Source of the DNA: Priapulus caudatus
Taxonomy: Eukaryota
Length of the DNA: 32,823 nt
Direction: 5' to 3'
NCBI RefSeq assembly: GCF_000485595.1
Contig: NW_014577083.1
Coordinates: 115,689 to 148,511, forward strand
The notes beneath the pieces are model-generated. The model was not told the DNA's origin. It worked only from the letters and a program-made list of their open reading frames with translations, and did not search any database. The position numbers were made by a program, and so were the translations under genes. The stretch's first letter is position 1. The number at the start of each line of letters is the position of its first letter. This document shows, piece after piece, positions 1 to 11,449 of this stretch.

Positions 1-263
1 CATTTACTTCTAAATTCAATTTGTATCAATTTCGTCTGCTAATTCGTTTAACAGTACTTGTTCTCTCGCGATTAAAATCTGCTGATTAACCCTCCATGGG
101 GGCCGCCATCTTTGATCAAAGCAAGCGCACAGCGAGCGCACAGCGGTGGATATATGTTTCCATGCCATCGAATCACGTGACGTCACGCGACGTGACGCGA
201 CGTGACGTGACGTGACGTGACGTTCGCGTGACGTCAGTGTACGTCACGCACGAACTGCGCGAA

Positions 264-366
264 CCTAACCCTAACCCTAACCCTAACCCTAACCCTAACC
301 CTAACCCTAACCCTAACCCTAACCCTAACCCTAACACTAATACTAACACTAACACTAAACACTAAT
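264..366 (+). repeat. Interstitial telomeric repeat (CCCTAA)n decaying to CACTAA
   Basis: About 11-12 perfect CCCTAA units (264-334), then CACTAA/TACTAA variants. Confidence 0.95.
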
Positions 367-387
367 AAATAAAAATAAAAATAATAA

Positions 388-452
388 ACAGATGGGATTC
401 GAACCCACCACCTCAAGAAGAAACGTCCGGCGCCATACGCGCTGCGCTATTT
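388..452 (-). pseudogene. tRNA-derived remnant (Pol III A box/B box)
   Basis: The minus strand reads TAGCGCAGCGCGTATGGCGC (A box/D-arm-like) ... GTGGG-TTCGAAT-CCCAT (T arm, B box), followed by T-runs. The acceptor and anticodon stems do not pair well, so it is not a functional tRNA. Confidence 0.6.
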
Positions 453-937
453 TGGTTTGCTCGAATGATGTGTTATGGATGTGCCCTATATGCATACATG
501 GATGGGCGTGCGTGATTGGTCTATGGTGGTGGCTAGCCACTGACGTCACACTGACGTACACTGACGTCACGCGAACATTCGATGGCATGGAAACATATAT
601 CCAGTTCTCTCGCGATTAAAATCTGCTGAGTAACCCTCCATGGGGGCCGCCATCTTTGATGTGAACAGCAAGAAATGCGCGCGTGAAAACTTCCAAATGC
701 GCGCGTAAGTGTTCGTCATTGCTTTGCTAATTAGAAAACGGAAAAGCGATGAGAAATGTATCTGTCTATTAAATATTATGTTGCATAAATCAGAATATGT
801 GTGAGATATAATCAGAACTATAATAATTATCTACTCCTGATATAATCCATCTGTTATCAGTAACATCAGCGCGGATGCCAGACACCGCAAAACATTCAAC
901 GCATGAATAAACAAAACATTCTATGCTATATCGATGT

Positions 938-2520
938 CCTATTTCTTAAGAGAGGTCTACGGATGGAATATTAACATATAAATCTAGGCTAGAATACCTC
1001 CTCTTCATTTTCATTGAATAATTTTCGCAAAATATTTTTCTTCTCAGGTGATATTGCGCATGCGCGATCACTGTTACAGGCGTGCAGTACGGACTGCACT
1101 CAAATAGATAATATTTATATGGGAGGGAGAGAGGGGTGGGAGACCAAGAAAACGCGACAGGTGAGATAGCTGAAGAGCGGTGGAAGAAGAAGGCTGAGCG
1201 AGGGACAAGAGAGGCAAGAGGAAGGATGGGGAGGTATGAAATATGAGTTTCCTTTCCAACAGGCTAGGGCGCTTTACTATTAATAAACACAGGTCTACTA
1301 ATAAAAATTTATCACAGAAATCTATGCTCGGATACCCCGTAATCATTTTAAACGCATAATCATCACAAAATATGACTCCTCTGGTGAGATATTGCGCGTG
1401 CGCTAACCCGCTAACGTATAGCAAGATTGTGATATACTGACTGGTATATGCAGCGAGTATCTTACATGCAAGGTCTTCTTCCTATTTCTAAAGAGGGATC
1501 AACGGATGGAATGTTATCATATAAAGCTAAGCTAGAATATACCTCCTCTTCATTTTAAATGCATAATTTTCGGAAAAATATTTGTCTTCTCGAATGATAT
1601 TGCGCATGCGCGATCACTGTTTCAGGCGTGCAGTACGGGCTGAATACAAATAGATAACATTGCTTTGTGAGGGAGAGAGAGGTGGGACACTAAGAAAAGG
1701 CGACAGGGGAGGTAGCTGAGGGGCGGCGGAAGAAGAAGGCTGAGCGAGGGACAAGAGAGGCAAGAGGAAGAATGGGCAGGTATGAAATATGAGCTTCCAA
1801 TCCTACACGTTAGGGCGCTCCACTATTCATAATCAAAGGTTTACTAATAACAATTTCATATAATTATCACAGAAATCTATGCTCGAATACCCCATAATCA
1901 TCTTAAATGCATAATCATCACAAAATATGACTTATCTGTTGAGATATTGCGCGTACGCTAGCATACTATAACGTAGCAAGATTGTGATATACTGACTGGT
2001 ATACGCAGCGGGTATCTTACATGCAAGGTCTTCTTCCTATTTCTTAAGACACGTCTACTGGTTGAATGTTATCACATAAATTTAGGCAAGAAGACCTCCT
2101 CTTCATTTTAAATATATAATTTTCTCCGGTGATATTGTTATGTTGATTATTATATTATGATGATGATGATGATGATTATTATTATTATTATAATTATAAT
2201 AATTATTATTATTATATGGTATTATAATTATGATATTGATAATGTTATTATTCTCCGGTGATATTGCGTACGCGCGATCACCGTTTCAAGCGTGCAGCAC
2301 GGACTGAATACAAATGGATAATATTGCTTGATGAGGGAGAGAGGGGTAGGCGGCTGAGAAAACCCGGCAGAGGAGATAGTTGAGGGGCGGTGGAAGGAGG
2401 AGGAGGAGGAGGAGGAGGTTGAACGAAGGACAAGGGAGGCCAGAGGAAGGACGGAGAGGGTCTGAAGTCGGAGTTTTTCATCCTGCACGCTATGGCGCTC
2501 TCCTATTCACAGGTCTATAC
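938..2520 (+). repeat. Diverged tandem repeat, ~545-555 bp unit, about 2.7 copies
   Basis: Units start with CCTATTTCT at 938, 1481 and 2036 and share collinear motifs (GATATTGCGCATGCGCGATCACTG, purine-rich GAGAGGCAAGAGGAAG block, GCAAGATTGTGATATACTGACTGG). Confidence 0.9.
2122..2266. mobile_element. (TTA/TGA)n insert flanked by 16-bp target-site duplication, likely the tail of a truncated non-LTR retroelement
   Basis: TTCTCCGGTGATATTG at 2122-2137 and 2251-2266 brackets 113 bp of TTA/TGA triplets. The insert is absent from the two sister repeat units. Confidence 0.6.
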
Positions 2521-3559
2521 ACGCCCAGCTCGCGACAGTTCATTTCGCTAACTGATGGCGGGTTTTCTTCCTATATGAAGGCACTGCGAACAGAGTGTTC
2601 GCGCGCCGTTAGCTATGTTATCTAGATATTTATGCTTGTAACCACAACACGCCTCCACTACACGTCGCAAATACATACATACCCACACGCGCGCACGCAA
2701 CAAACGGAAGCACGCTCGCTTTTCATAGTGATATATTATACGTTTTTGTGCGTTTATGAACTAATTCTCCCGACAGATGGCGGAACGATGTTGTAGCTGA
2801 CTAAATCTGGATACGCATTCATCACCCACCATGCACCCTGCCGCCCGGACTTTACTTTATACCGTGAGTTCCTGCTTCTATTACACCTCGCTTCTCATTA
2901 AAGGCCTCAGAGACGCGTCGTTAAAAGTAATGCCCTACGATGTTCGTTGTCTGAATTTTTTTTTAAATTTGCATGCAGATGTGTTCTATATTATTTGTAG
3001 CAGTGCTTCACTGTTCTCGTACATCATGACATAACGCAATATCCCTCAAATTAATCATATAAAAGATTCTACTATAGGAAACAGATTCTCATTCCCAACT
3101 CCAGTTGCAGTTCCTTTCTGGATATTCATTTGTTTAAATAGTTGAAGAATAAAACTGCCACATATGGCTTGCTTTATTTCCCATCGCAGTATGGTCGTAT
3201 GCTCCTGTCCCTTACGTAGTCAGAAATCGATTTGGTAGATGGTATGTCGATATCAATAACCTACGAATTTCTTTCCTTCTGCATTCTTACAACTATTTAA
3301 ATATTGTTTGTAAAATAAGTGTCAATTGTGGTATCCCGTATGCGCTATCTTATACGTATGCTCTCCTTATTTAATTTTCGGCCCTTATACGTCTTTTACG
3401 TTTTTAAACGCACTCTGAAACTCTAAACCAATGTTTGCTTTATTCATATCGACATTGCTACCAATCCACATAATCGCAATGCACCATATTAGAACTAATG
3501 ATTAATGTATTCATGATTACATCAAAGAAAAAGCTAAAACATGGCACCACACTACGGCG

Positions 3560-4346
3560 ACGCAACTACTGTTGTAATTTCTCATTATCCGACGTAGGTA
3601 TCAGTCAGTCAGTGAGTCAGAGAGGCAAAACGCGCGCGAATTGAACACACTTGCCCGTGCGAGCTACTGCTCCGCTTCGCCGCAGCTGTAATACGCGCTT
3701 CCAACCAATCATGTTCACTTCACTGGCGGTCGCGAAGCTGACTGAGCAAGCATTCAGTGAGAGCGCAACCGAATTAATGACACTCATTATCAAGACTACC
3801 GAATTGCTGTAGCGATAGTGAGCAGGCGTGGCACTTCAGAAGTTTCTGACATCTTCACCTTCCTCGTTCATTCGGTTCCGCAGGTTCCTATGATCTGTTT
3901 CACTCGGCGCCAGCAGAGATGCACGGGATAGCATACACCGGAAGAAGATCAAATGCTTAACTAGCTACGCAACACACGCAATCAAGTGACGGTGCGCAGG
4001 TGACGTGACGGGCCTCGGTGAATTTCCTGCTGGAAGGCGCTCTCTACCGTCTGTGCTGCTGATGCGCGGGGCTAAGTGTGCCAGCATCGCGTAAAGCAAG
4101 GGAATCTTAATCGGCTTAATTACGCACCGAATAGCTCACAGTGTTGGTGCTGATGGCGTCGACGTGGATTCGGCTCGCAGCACCAGAGCGCACGACCACG
4201 GATACATCGCACGCTGTGCTCGAATGTGCTTGAAGCTGCTTAGTATGAGTTACATGAGTATTTGCAACGTGCTTGCAAGTGCTCGCGCGCATACATGTGC
4301 AGGAAGCTGAAGCGGTGCTCTCGGTGCATTATCACCACTCTTCACG
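3560..4346 (+). promoter_or_regulatory. Probable promoter/5' UTR region of eag
   Basis: Repeat-free, CpG-rich stretch directly upstream of the start codon, with tandem TCAGT initiator-like motifs near 3601-3620. The TSS cannot be fixed from sequence alone. Confidence 0.4.
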
Positions 4347-4425
4347 ATGATGCCCTCTCGGAGGGGGCTGGTCGCGCCGCAAAACACCTTCCTAGAAAGC
4401 CTTCTCCGCAGGTCTACCGGCCAAT
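4347..4425 (+). CDS. eag: eag/KCNH1-5 (Kv10) potassium channel, coding exon 1 (PAS-cap)
   Basis: Manual translation gives MMPSRRGLVAPQNTFLESLLRRSTGQ plus 1 nt, matching the eag-family N-terminal signature RRGLVAPQNTFLE. There is an in-frame TGA upstream (4308-4310), A at -3 of the ATG, and a consensus donor T|GTAAGT at 4426 (phase 1). Confidence 0.96.
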
Positions 4426-7400
4426 GTAAGTCAGCCGCGATTCAATTTTACTAGGTGACTGCTAGTCCGCAGTGAAGGGGTTATGATTAATTGAGATTTC
4501 GAGTTGAATTTGGGTTATATTAGGGCAATAATTAGTATTGGATTGGGGGTTATCGCTAGAGTTATAGCTACGGTTGTTGTTATGTATATGTAGTTATAGC
4601 TATGAATTAGGTTAAGGGTGCAGTTGTGGTATGCACAGGGATCCTAACTATTAAAGTAAAATACTAATAAAAGTAGATCTGTGAATTGTCCACACCTGCG
4701 GTGTCATGTTTCGTGCAGACGGGATGTAAGCGATGGTTTTTTGTTGTTTACTCGCAGTCACGCGGTCGCGTTTTTATTCGCTCTCTGTGATGAAACCGAA
4801 CTGAATGCCGCTGACCCAGAGAGACACACCGCCTCTTCGATTGATATGCGTTACCTTGACTCGTCGCTTATTGATTTCGCTCGTTGATCAATTATTTGTC
4901 GCCGAGCGCAGATCGAACGCGCGCGTTGGCGGTTAGGAAGTTTGTATGCGTGTTCGGTCTACAGCTAGTCAGCCTGGTCGGCTGCAGTAGTAGGTGCTGG
5001 GACGGCAGCTTTGCAGGGGTACAACCGTAATCAGACGTACACGCAATATATATTGATTCCAACCGTGTAGCATTTTGCGCTCGCATCGTCGTAACGATAC
5101 ATCGTTCGATTTGCTAGAGAGACAGACGCTCTGTGAGCCATCCACTGAAAAAGATTATTATTTCTACGCCCACTGGTAGTAATCGCAAGGCCTAGAGTTT
5201 GGGCGTTTTCGCGCGTGGTTGGGAGTAGGGAGAGAAAGAAAGAGGTGGGAACGCGGGAGAGGGAGAGAAAGGCCTGTATCGTACTGATATCGTTTGTTTT
5301 TCCCGTTGTTAGCTTTCCATTCACGCGCCTCGTGTGAACACAGAAAGCAAACGTACTGAGCATACACGCACGAAATATTGCTTTACATCATAGTGTGTAT
5401 TTGCTACGCAGTTGCACGCTACCTATATATTGTATTAAACATACTCATCTAACCATGCAAAGGACTCGTGGACTTGCGCATATATGGTTACACATAAACA
5501 GTTTATCTACAACAACTGTCACGGTATACTTTACCTGCAGATATTTGTATACAGGCTGGATATGGATTATACATTTTTACGTCTAGGCATATACATACAT
5601 AATATATACATATATGTATACATAATTGTTAACCATGGCATATCTTTTGCATGCATGTGCACGTATATGTGCTAGTTGTGTAACTATGACTGATTGTACG
5701 TTACTCATATAGAGCCACGTGTCTATATTGTATCGTTTGCTGACCTGCTGTGGCGATCGATCGTATGCAAGCCGTGTTCATACCAGTAAAAGTTATTCGT
5801 ATTTCTTGACGCGAATTGTATCAACTATGCTCACGCAGGGCTGTATTATTACAGTAAACTCGGTAGGCGCCACGCTCACGGGGCCTGCACGAAGCAAAGG
5901 GTCTGCGAAAGGTGTAATCATAGTTTCTATTCTACGAGAGAATCTATAACGAATGTGCCTTATATGTTCTATCTATTATTCTGTTCTTAATATATTAATA
6001 TATTATAATATATAATACATATACTAAGATAAATATATAATAATATATATAAGGTAATATATCAATATATTATTATATTATCTTGATATATTTCTTCTAT
6101 TATATATATATTCTGTGACATATATTCTATACAAAGTAGCCGATGAAGGTAGTGTGTGCGTGGGCGTGCTGCGTGCGCCCGCGCGTATAGCAAACGAAAT
6201 ATGCACACAATGATCTGAATCTGGACCTGCATGGGAGTATCATCTACGGGAAAAGTAACAATGGATAGTATGCCTTCGACATTGCGCTCTCGACATGTCG
6301 TGTGGTGCTTATTCTATAGAGACTAGCTGCGACAAGAGGTCACGTTGTTGGTAGACAGCGCCATGCGACGTAACGAGTGAACGCAGACATGAAATAAGAT
6401 ATATAAGGCCTATAAAACGGCGGATCGTAGGCGCAATGCTACACAGGCTTATATATCTGAAAGCTTTGCTCTCATGACTGCGTGGGTTCCGATGATATAA
6501 AAGAACTGTCGCTAGATTCTCTCGGCGAATCGTGGTATTGTGTTGTGTTCGCCGTACAGTGGGCTGTAAACGGTGAGACGAAATTACAAGCGATGTATTA
6601 ACAGTGTAGTCTATATATACCATATGCACAGATGCAATCATTGTCCTCGAATGGGGTGGAGTGGCTCACAGCCAGAATATGCAAAAACCACAGGATGGAA
6701 AATAACGCTGTCGTAAGCAATAGAATTGTTTAAATTTTGTCTGCTCAGTCTGGTATTAACTCAACACTGTCACGCGGCTGTTACAGGCCATACATAGACA
6801 GCTCATAATTTGATGACTGGATACACAGTTTTGATTGCAGCCTTTATTTAAATGTGTCTTTTCACGCGCCAACGTTGATTGCGTCGTACTACAATGTCTT
6901 GCAAGGCTTCAGCTTCTTTGAGGCTTATACTCACGCGCGTGGCATGGGTGCTAGCGGGACTTGTCACGTCGTGACGCACGAGTGATGCAAGCATCAAACC
7001 AACTTTTTATACCATCTGTAGGTTTTAACACACAGCTTATAGACTAACATTTAAAGGCAAGGTCAACATGCAATCATTACTCAATCACATCAGTAAAGAT
7101 AAATTTATATTCAACAAAACACGTTGGCTTTATAAAATTTCATATTTTGTTGTGATTTTAGTGCATACAATTTTTCAATAAACGCGGCTTCTGATAGTTA
7201 TAACGTAGAAAGTTGGCGCGAGATCGAGATGAGTGTATTTAACTTGTTATAATGTGATTACAGGCTTTATCGTGCACGAAGCAACATTTTTCGTAACCTT
7301 TAACGTAATGGCTATGCGTCATTCCGCGTAATAGAGCTCAAATCCCTCGCTTCGAAATTTCTCGGTTTTCAAAACCGACTGTGGTTTATTGCAGACGGGT

Positions 7401-7728
7401 AATAAACTTGAAGTTCTGGGAATAAGTGAATGTTAGATAAGTCCACTTCTGTTTGTATATAAGTGTGTAACTGATAACTTGTGTTAACCTTGGCTGTGTG
7501 TATATATGATACGCTTACCAATTGTATATATCCTACTTATAGCTGTGTGTATATGCAACATGACGTATTGTTTTAAACAGAGTTCGTATACCTCGTAAAA
7601 CGATGTATATTATAGCTGTATTTTTGTGTGTGTGTGTAACTATACCTATATAGTTTACTTGTAAACCAGCACGCAAATGTTGCCAGGGAAGTTTACGTGA
7701 ATTGCTCCTTATCTGAATATTCTACATG

Positions 7729-7759
<31 letters not shown>

Positions 7760-7799
7760 TCACGGATTTTCCACCGCCAAGCCGGTCCACAGCCTCAGT

Positions 7800-8060
7800 C
7801 TAATATAATATAATATTAATAAATATATATATATAATATCATATCATATCATATCATATAAAAATAATAAAATATAATATAATATAATATAATTAATATT
7901 ATTAATAAAATATAATATATAATATAATATAATTAATATAATATATATATAATATAATAAATAATATAATATAATATAATATAATATAATAAATATAATA
8001 TAATATAATATAATATAATATTATATAATATAAGTATATAAATAATAATAATATAATAAT
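7800..8060 (+). repeat. (ATAAT)n/(ATATC)n microsatellite
   Basis: Pentamer tract with an embedded TCATA run. The same pattern recurs at 10156-10428. Confidence 0.9.
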
Positions 8061-8457
8061 TATAAGTGTGTTATAATGTAGAAATGCGTTTCAAAGTACT
8101 ACATTTTTACATTACTATTGTATCACAACTATTTACATGTAGGCCAGTAAAATAATACTTTCAGGTCGTGAAACTGTAGCAGATGCTAATCATTTGTGCG
8201 TAGTGATTTTTACGGCACGAGCTAAATACGATACAATATGACGCGTCACAAATTTGCGACTGAACCCACTTTGATAACTGGCTACACTACAGATCGAAGC
8301 CAATCGAGATTCTCGTTGAGTTAAGACGCGATCTTTAAACATTAAAACATAATTAAAGCAATGCGCAACTTCAACAAAAATTTGCTTATATATAATATAT
8401 ATTATATATATATATATATTTTAAATAAATATNNNNNNNNNNNNNNNNNNNNNNNNN

Positions 8458-9338
8458 GTTATACCCGGGGAGTGTTCCTAGATGAAAAAAACCTGTCAAA
8501 CCGTGAAACTCACCGAAAAATTCGTGAAAAAACCCGTTAATTCGTCAATCTTCACACAATTCAGCACTCACTGCACAGTGCTGCCACAGACAGAAAAACC
8601 TTGGACTATTTCTTGCCCTCACCTCATGATCTCATCAGCTGCTGGTATTGTGAAACCGAAACCGAACCCAATACTAAAACAGAGCATAACCAGGACCAGT
8701 TCAGAGGTACTACTCACCTCTGAGTTCAGAGTTTCAGTTCAGATGCTACGATCTCAGAATGCCATTGTACCATTCCAAAGCTATGCATTTTCTGATTCAA
8801 TACAAAATTTCTTAATTTCAATGTGCATGGTTGCGCGCCCAAGCATTCACTAGACAATATCCAGTGGACACAGACCCCACTCGCTGGCCTGTCTCTATCT
8901 ATACTATATATGGAATTTCTTTTATTCGTGGTACGATCAAACAATGTATAGCTGCACGTGGGGAGCTCAAGAGTTCGATACGCCAGGAATCTCTACATAT
9001 TTCCACCAGAGAATAACACGAAAAACATTGTTTATCAAGAGGCTTTGAAATGAAAAGTCCAACCCATTCGTACATGCTGTTATATAATAATAACTGGTTG
9101 TTATTTACACCATATTACTATTATGTCCCAGGGGTTCTAAGTTGTGTTGTGCTGTCATATAAATGTCATACGTAACAGTTTTTTCCCATGCTATTATCTT
9201 ATAGACTGATTTCTAAATATTGATATTGTGTGCAATGTTACTGTCGATTTTTACCCAATGTTCCTATTGTGTCCCATTATTAGTAGTATGAATTAGTAGC
9301 ACGATTTTACCCAGCGCAGCGGGTATACCCGCAGCTAG
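8458..9338 (+). mobile_element. Non-autonomous Helitron copy, 5' end lost at gap
   Basis: Collinear with 9459-10154 apart from a different internal segment (~8700-8945). Ends in the TACCCAGCGCAGCGGGTA hairpin followed by CTAG (9335-9338). Confidence 0.75.
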
Positions 9339-9341
9339 TCT

Positions 9342-10154
9342 TCTAATATATATTTGAGTTCGTATGTATCTATGTATCTATGTATGTATGTATGTATCTT
9401 CCCTATAGGCGGCCAAACCGCCCAAGCGATCTGGATGCAATTTTCACAGGGCCATCTCTTATACCCGGGGCGTGTTCCTAGCTGAAAAAAACCTGCCAAA
9501 CCGTCAAACTCACCGAAAAATCCGTGAAAAACCCCTCAATTCGTGAATCTTCACACAATGTCAGCACTGACTGTACAGTGCTGCCACACAGAAAAATCGA
9601 TAACTCATTCCATCAGCTGCTGGTATTGTGAAACCGAAACCGAGCACCGAGCTAAAACAGAGCACAGCCCAGAGGTTACAGTTCAGAGGTTACGACTGCA
9701 TTGTTTATCAACAGGCTTTGAAATGAGAAGCGCAACCCATTCGTACATGCTGTTACGTGCCGTACGTGCCATACGTGCATGCCGTACGTTGGGAGCTCAA
9801 CAGTTCGAGACGCCAGGAATCTTTACATATTTCCACCAGAGAATAACACGAAAAACATTGTTATCAAGAGGGTTTCAAATGAAAAGTGCAACCCATTCGT
9901 ACATGCTGTTATAATAACTTTGTCATTTACACCATATTACTATTATGTTCCAGGGGTTCTAAGTTGGGTTGTGCTGTCATATAAATGTCATATCGTAACA
10001 GTTTCCCATGCTTATTATCTTACTAGACTAATTTCTAAATATTCATATTGTGTGCAATGTTATTGTCGATTTACCCAATGTTCCTATTGTGTTCCATTAT
10101 TAGTAGTGAATTAGTAGCACGATTTTACCCAGCGCAGCGGGTACCAGCAGCTAG
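9342..10154 (+). mobile_element. Full-length non-autonomous Helitron
   Basis: 5' TCTAATATATAT start, (TATG)n microsatellite near the 5' end, 3' GC hairpin at 10126-10143, then CTAG|T. No TSD and no coding capacity. These are the canonical Helitron termini (5'-TC, hairpin, CTRR-3'). Confidence 0.85.
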
Positions 10155-10155
10155 T

Positions 10156-10428
10156 ATAATATAATATAATATAATATAATATAATATAATATAATATAAT
10201 ATCATATCATATCATATCATATAAAAATAATAAATATAATATAATATAATATAATATAATATATTATAATAAATATTAATATAATATAATATAATATAAT
10301 ATAATATAATATATTATAATATAATATAATATAATATAAATATAATATAATATAATATAATATAATAAATATAATATAATATAATATAATATAATATATA
10401 TAATATAATATAAAATAATATAATATAT
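10156..10428 (+). repeat. (ATAAT)n microsatellite
   Basis: Direct reading. Confidence 0.92.
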
Positions 10429-10758
10429 TATAAGTGTGTTATAATGTAGAAATGCGTTTCAAAGTACTACATTTTTACATTACTATTGTATCACAACTAT
10501 TTACATGTAGGCCAGTAAAAATAATACTTTCAGGTCGTGAAACTGTAGCAGATGCTAATCATTTGTGCGTAGTGATTTTTACGGCACGAGCTAAATACGA
10601 TACAAAAATTGACGCGTCACAAATTTGCGACTGAACCCCACTTTGATAACTGGCTACACTACAGATCGAAGCCAATCGAGATTCTCGTTGAGTTAAGACG
10701 CGATCTTTAAACATTAAAACATAATTAAAGCAATGCGCAACTTCAACAAAAATTTGCT

Positions 10759-10762
<4 letters not shown>
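10429..10762 (+). repeat. Direct duplicate of 8061-8390
   Basis: Nearly identical sequence TATAAGTGTGTTATAATG...AAAAATTTGCTTATA, differing only by small indels/substitutions. Confidence 0.93.
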
Positions 10763-10799
<37 letters not shown>

Positions 10800-10810
10800 A
10801 TATATATATA

Positions 10811-11292
10811 TAGTTACATGTAGAATATTCAGATAAGGAGCAATTCACGTAAACTTCCCTGGCAACATTTGCGGCTGGTTTACAAGTAAACTATATAGGT
10901 ATAGTTACACACACACCACAAAAATACAGCTATAATATACATCGTTTTACGAGGTATACGAACTCTGTTTAAAACAATACGTCATGTTGCATATACACAC
11001 AGCTATAAGTAGGATATATACAATTGGTAAGGCGTATCATATATACACACAGCCAAGGTTAACACAAGTTTCAGTTACACACTTATATACAAACAGAAGT
11101 GGACTTATCTAACATTCACTTATTCCAGAACTTCAAGTTTATTACCCGTCTGCAATAAACCACAGTCGGTTTGAAAACGCAGAAATTTCGAACGAGGGAT
11201 TTGAGCTCTATTACGCGGAATGACGCATAGCCATTACGTTAAAGGTTACGAAAAATGTTGCTTCGTGCACGATAAAGCCTGTAATCACATTA
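10811..11292 (-). repeat. Inverted duplicate of 7250-7733
   Basis: Reverse complement match over about 480 bp, differing mostly by 1-bp indels. Confidence 0.93.
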
Positions 11293-11297
11293 AACAA

Positions 11298-11449
11298 AGA
11301 TGGCCCTGTGAAAATTGCATCCAGATCGCTTGGGCAGTTTGGCCGCCTATAGGGAAGATACATACATACATACATACATACATACATACATACATACATA
11401 CATACATACATACATACATACATACATACGAACTCAAATATATATTAGA
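11298..11449 (-). mobile_element. Helitron 5' fragment (same family as 9342-10154)
   Basis: The minus strand reads A|TCTAATATATATTTGAGTTCG(TATG)n...CACAGGGCCATCT, with a TC start preceded by A as expected for an A/T target site. Confidence 0.85.

Larger units (their letters stand above)
147..603. mobile_element. Non-autonomous inverted-repeat element (MITE-like) carrying a telomeric tract and tRNA-like module
   Basis: Perfect 27-bp IR TGGATATATGTTTCCATGCCATCGAAT (147-173 / 577-603) plus a perfect 25-bp inner IR (222-246 / 552-576). Encloses (CGTGA)n, (CCCTAA)n and A/B-box-like motifs. No clear TSD. Confidence 0.8.
60..660 (+). repeat. 57-bp direct repeat pair (60-116 and 604-660)
   Basis: GTTCTCTCGCGATTAAAATCTGCTGA(T/G)TAACCCTCCATGGGGGCCGCCATCTTTGAT occurs twice with one mismatch, bracketing the IR element. 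Confidence 0.92.

Noticed and set aside
264..334. True chromosome end
   Set aside because: The tract is short, internal, and enclosed by inverted repeats with ordinary sequence on both sides.
388..452. Functional tRNA gene
   Set aside because: Only the D- and T-arm-like parts are recognisable; the acceptor and anticodon stems do not form.
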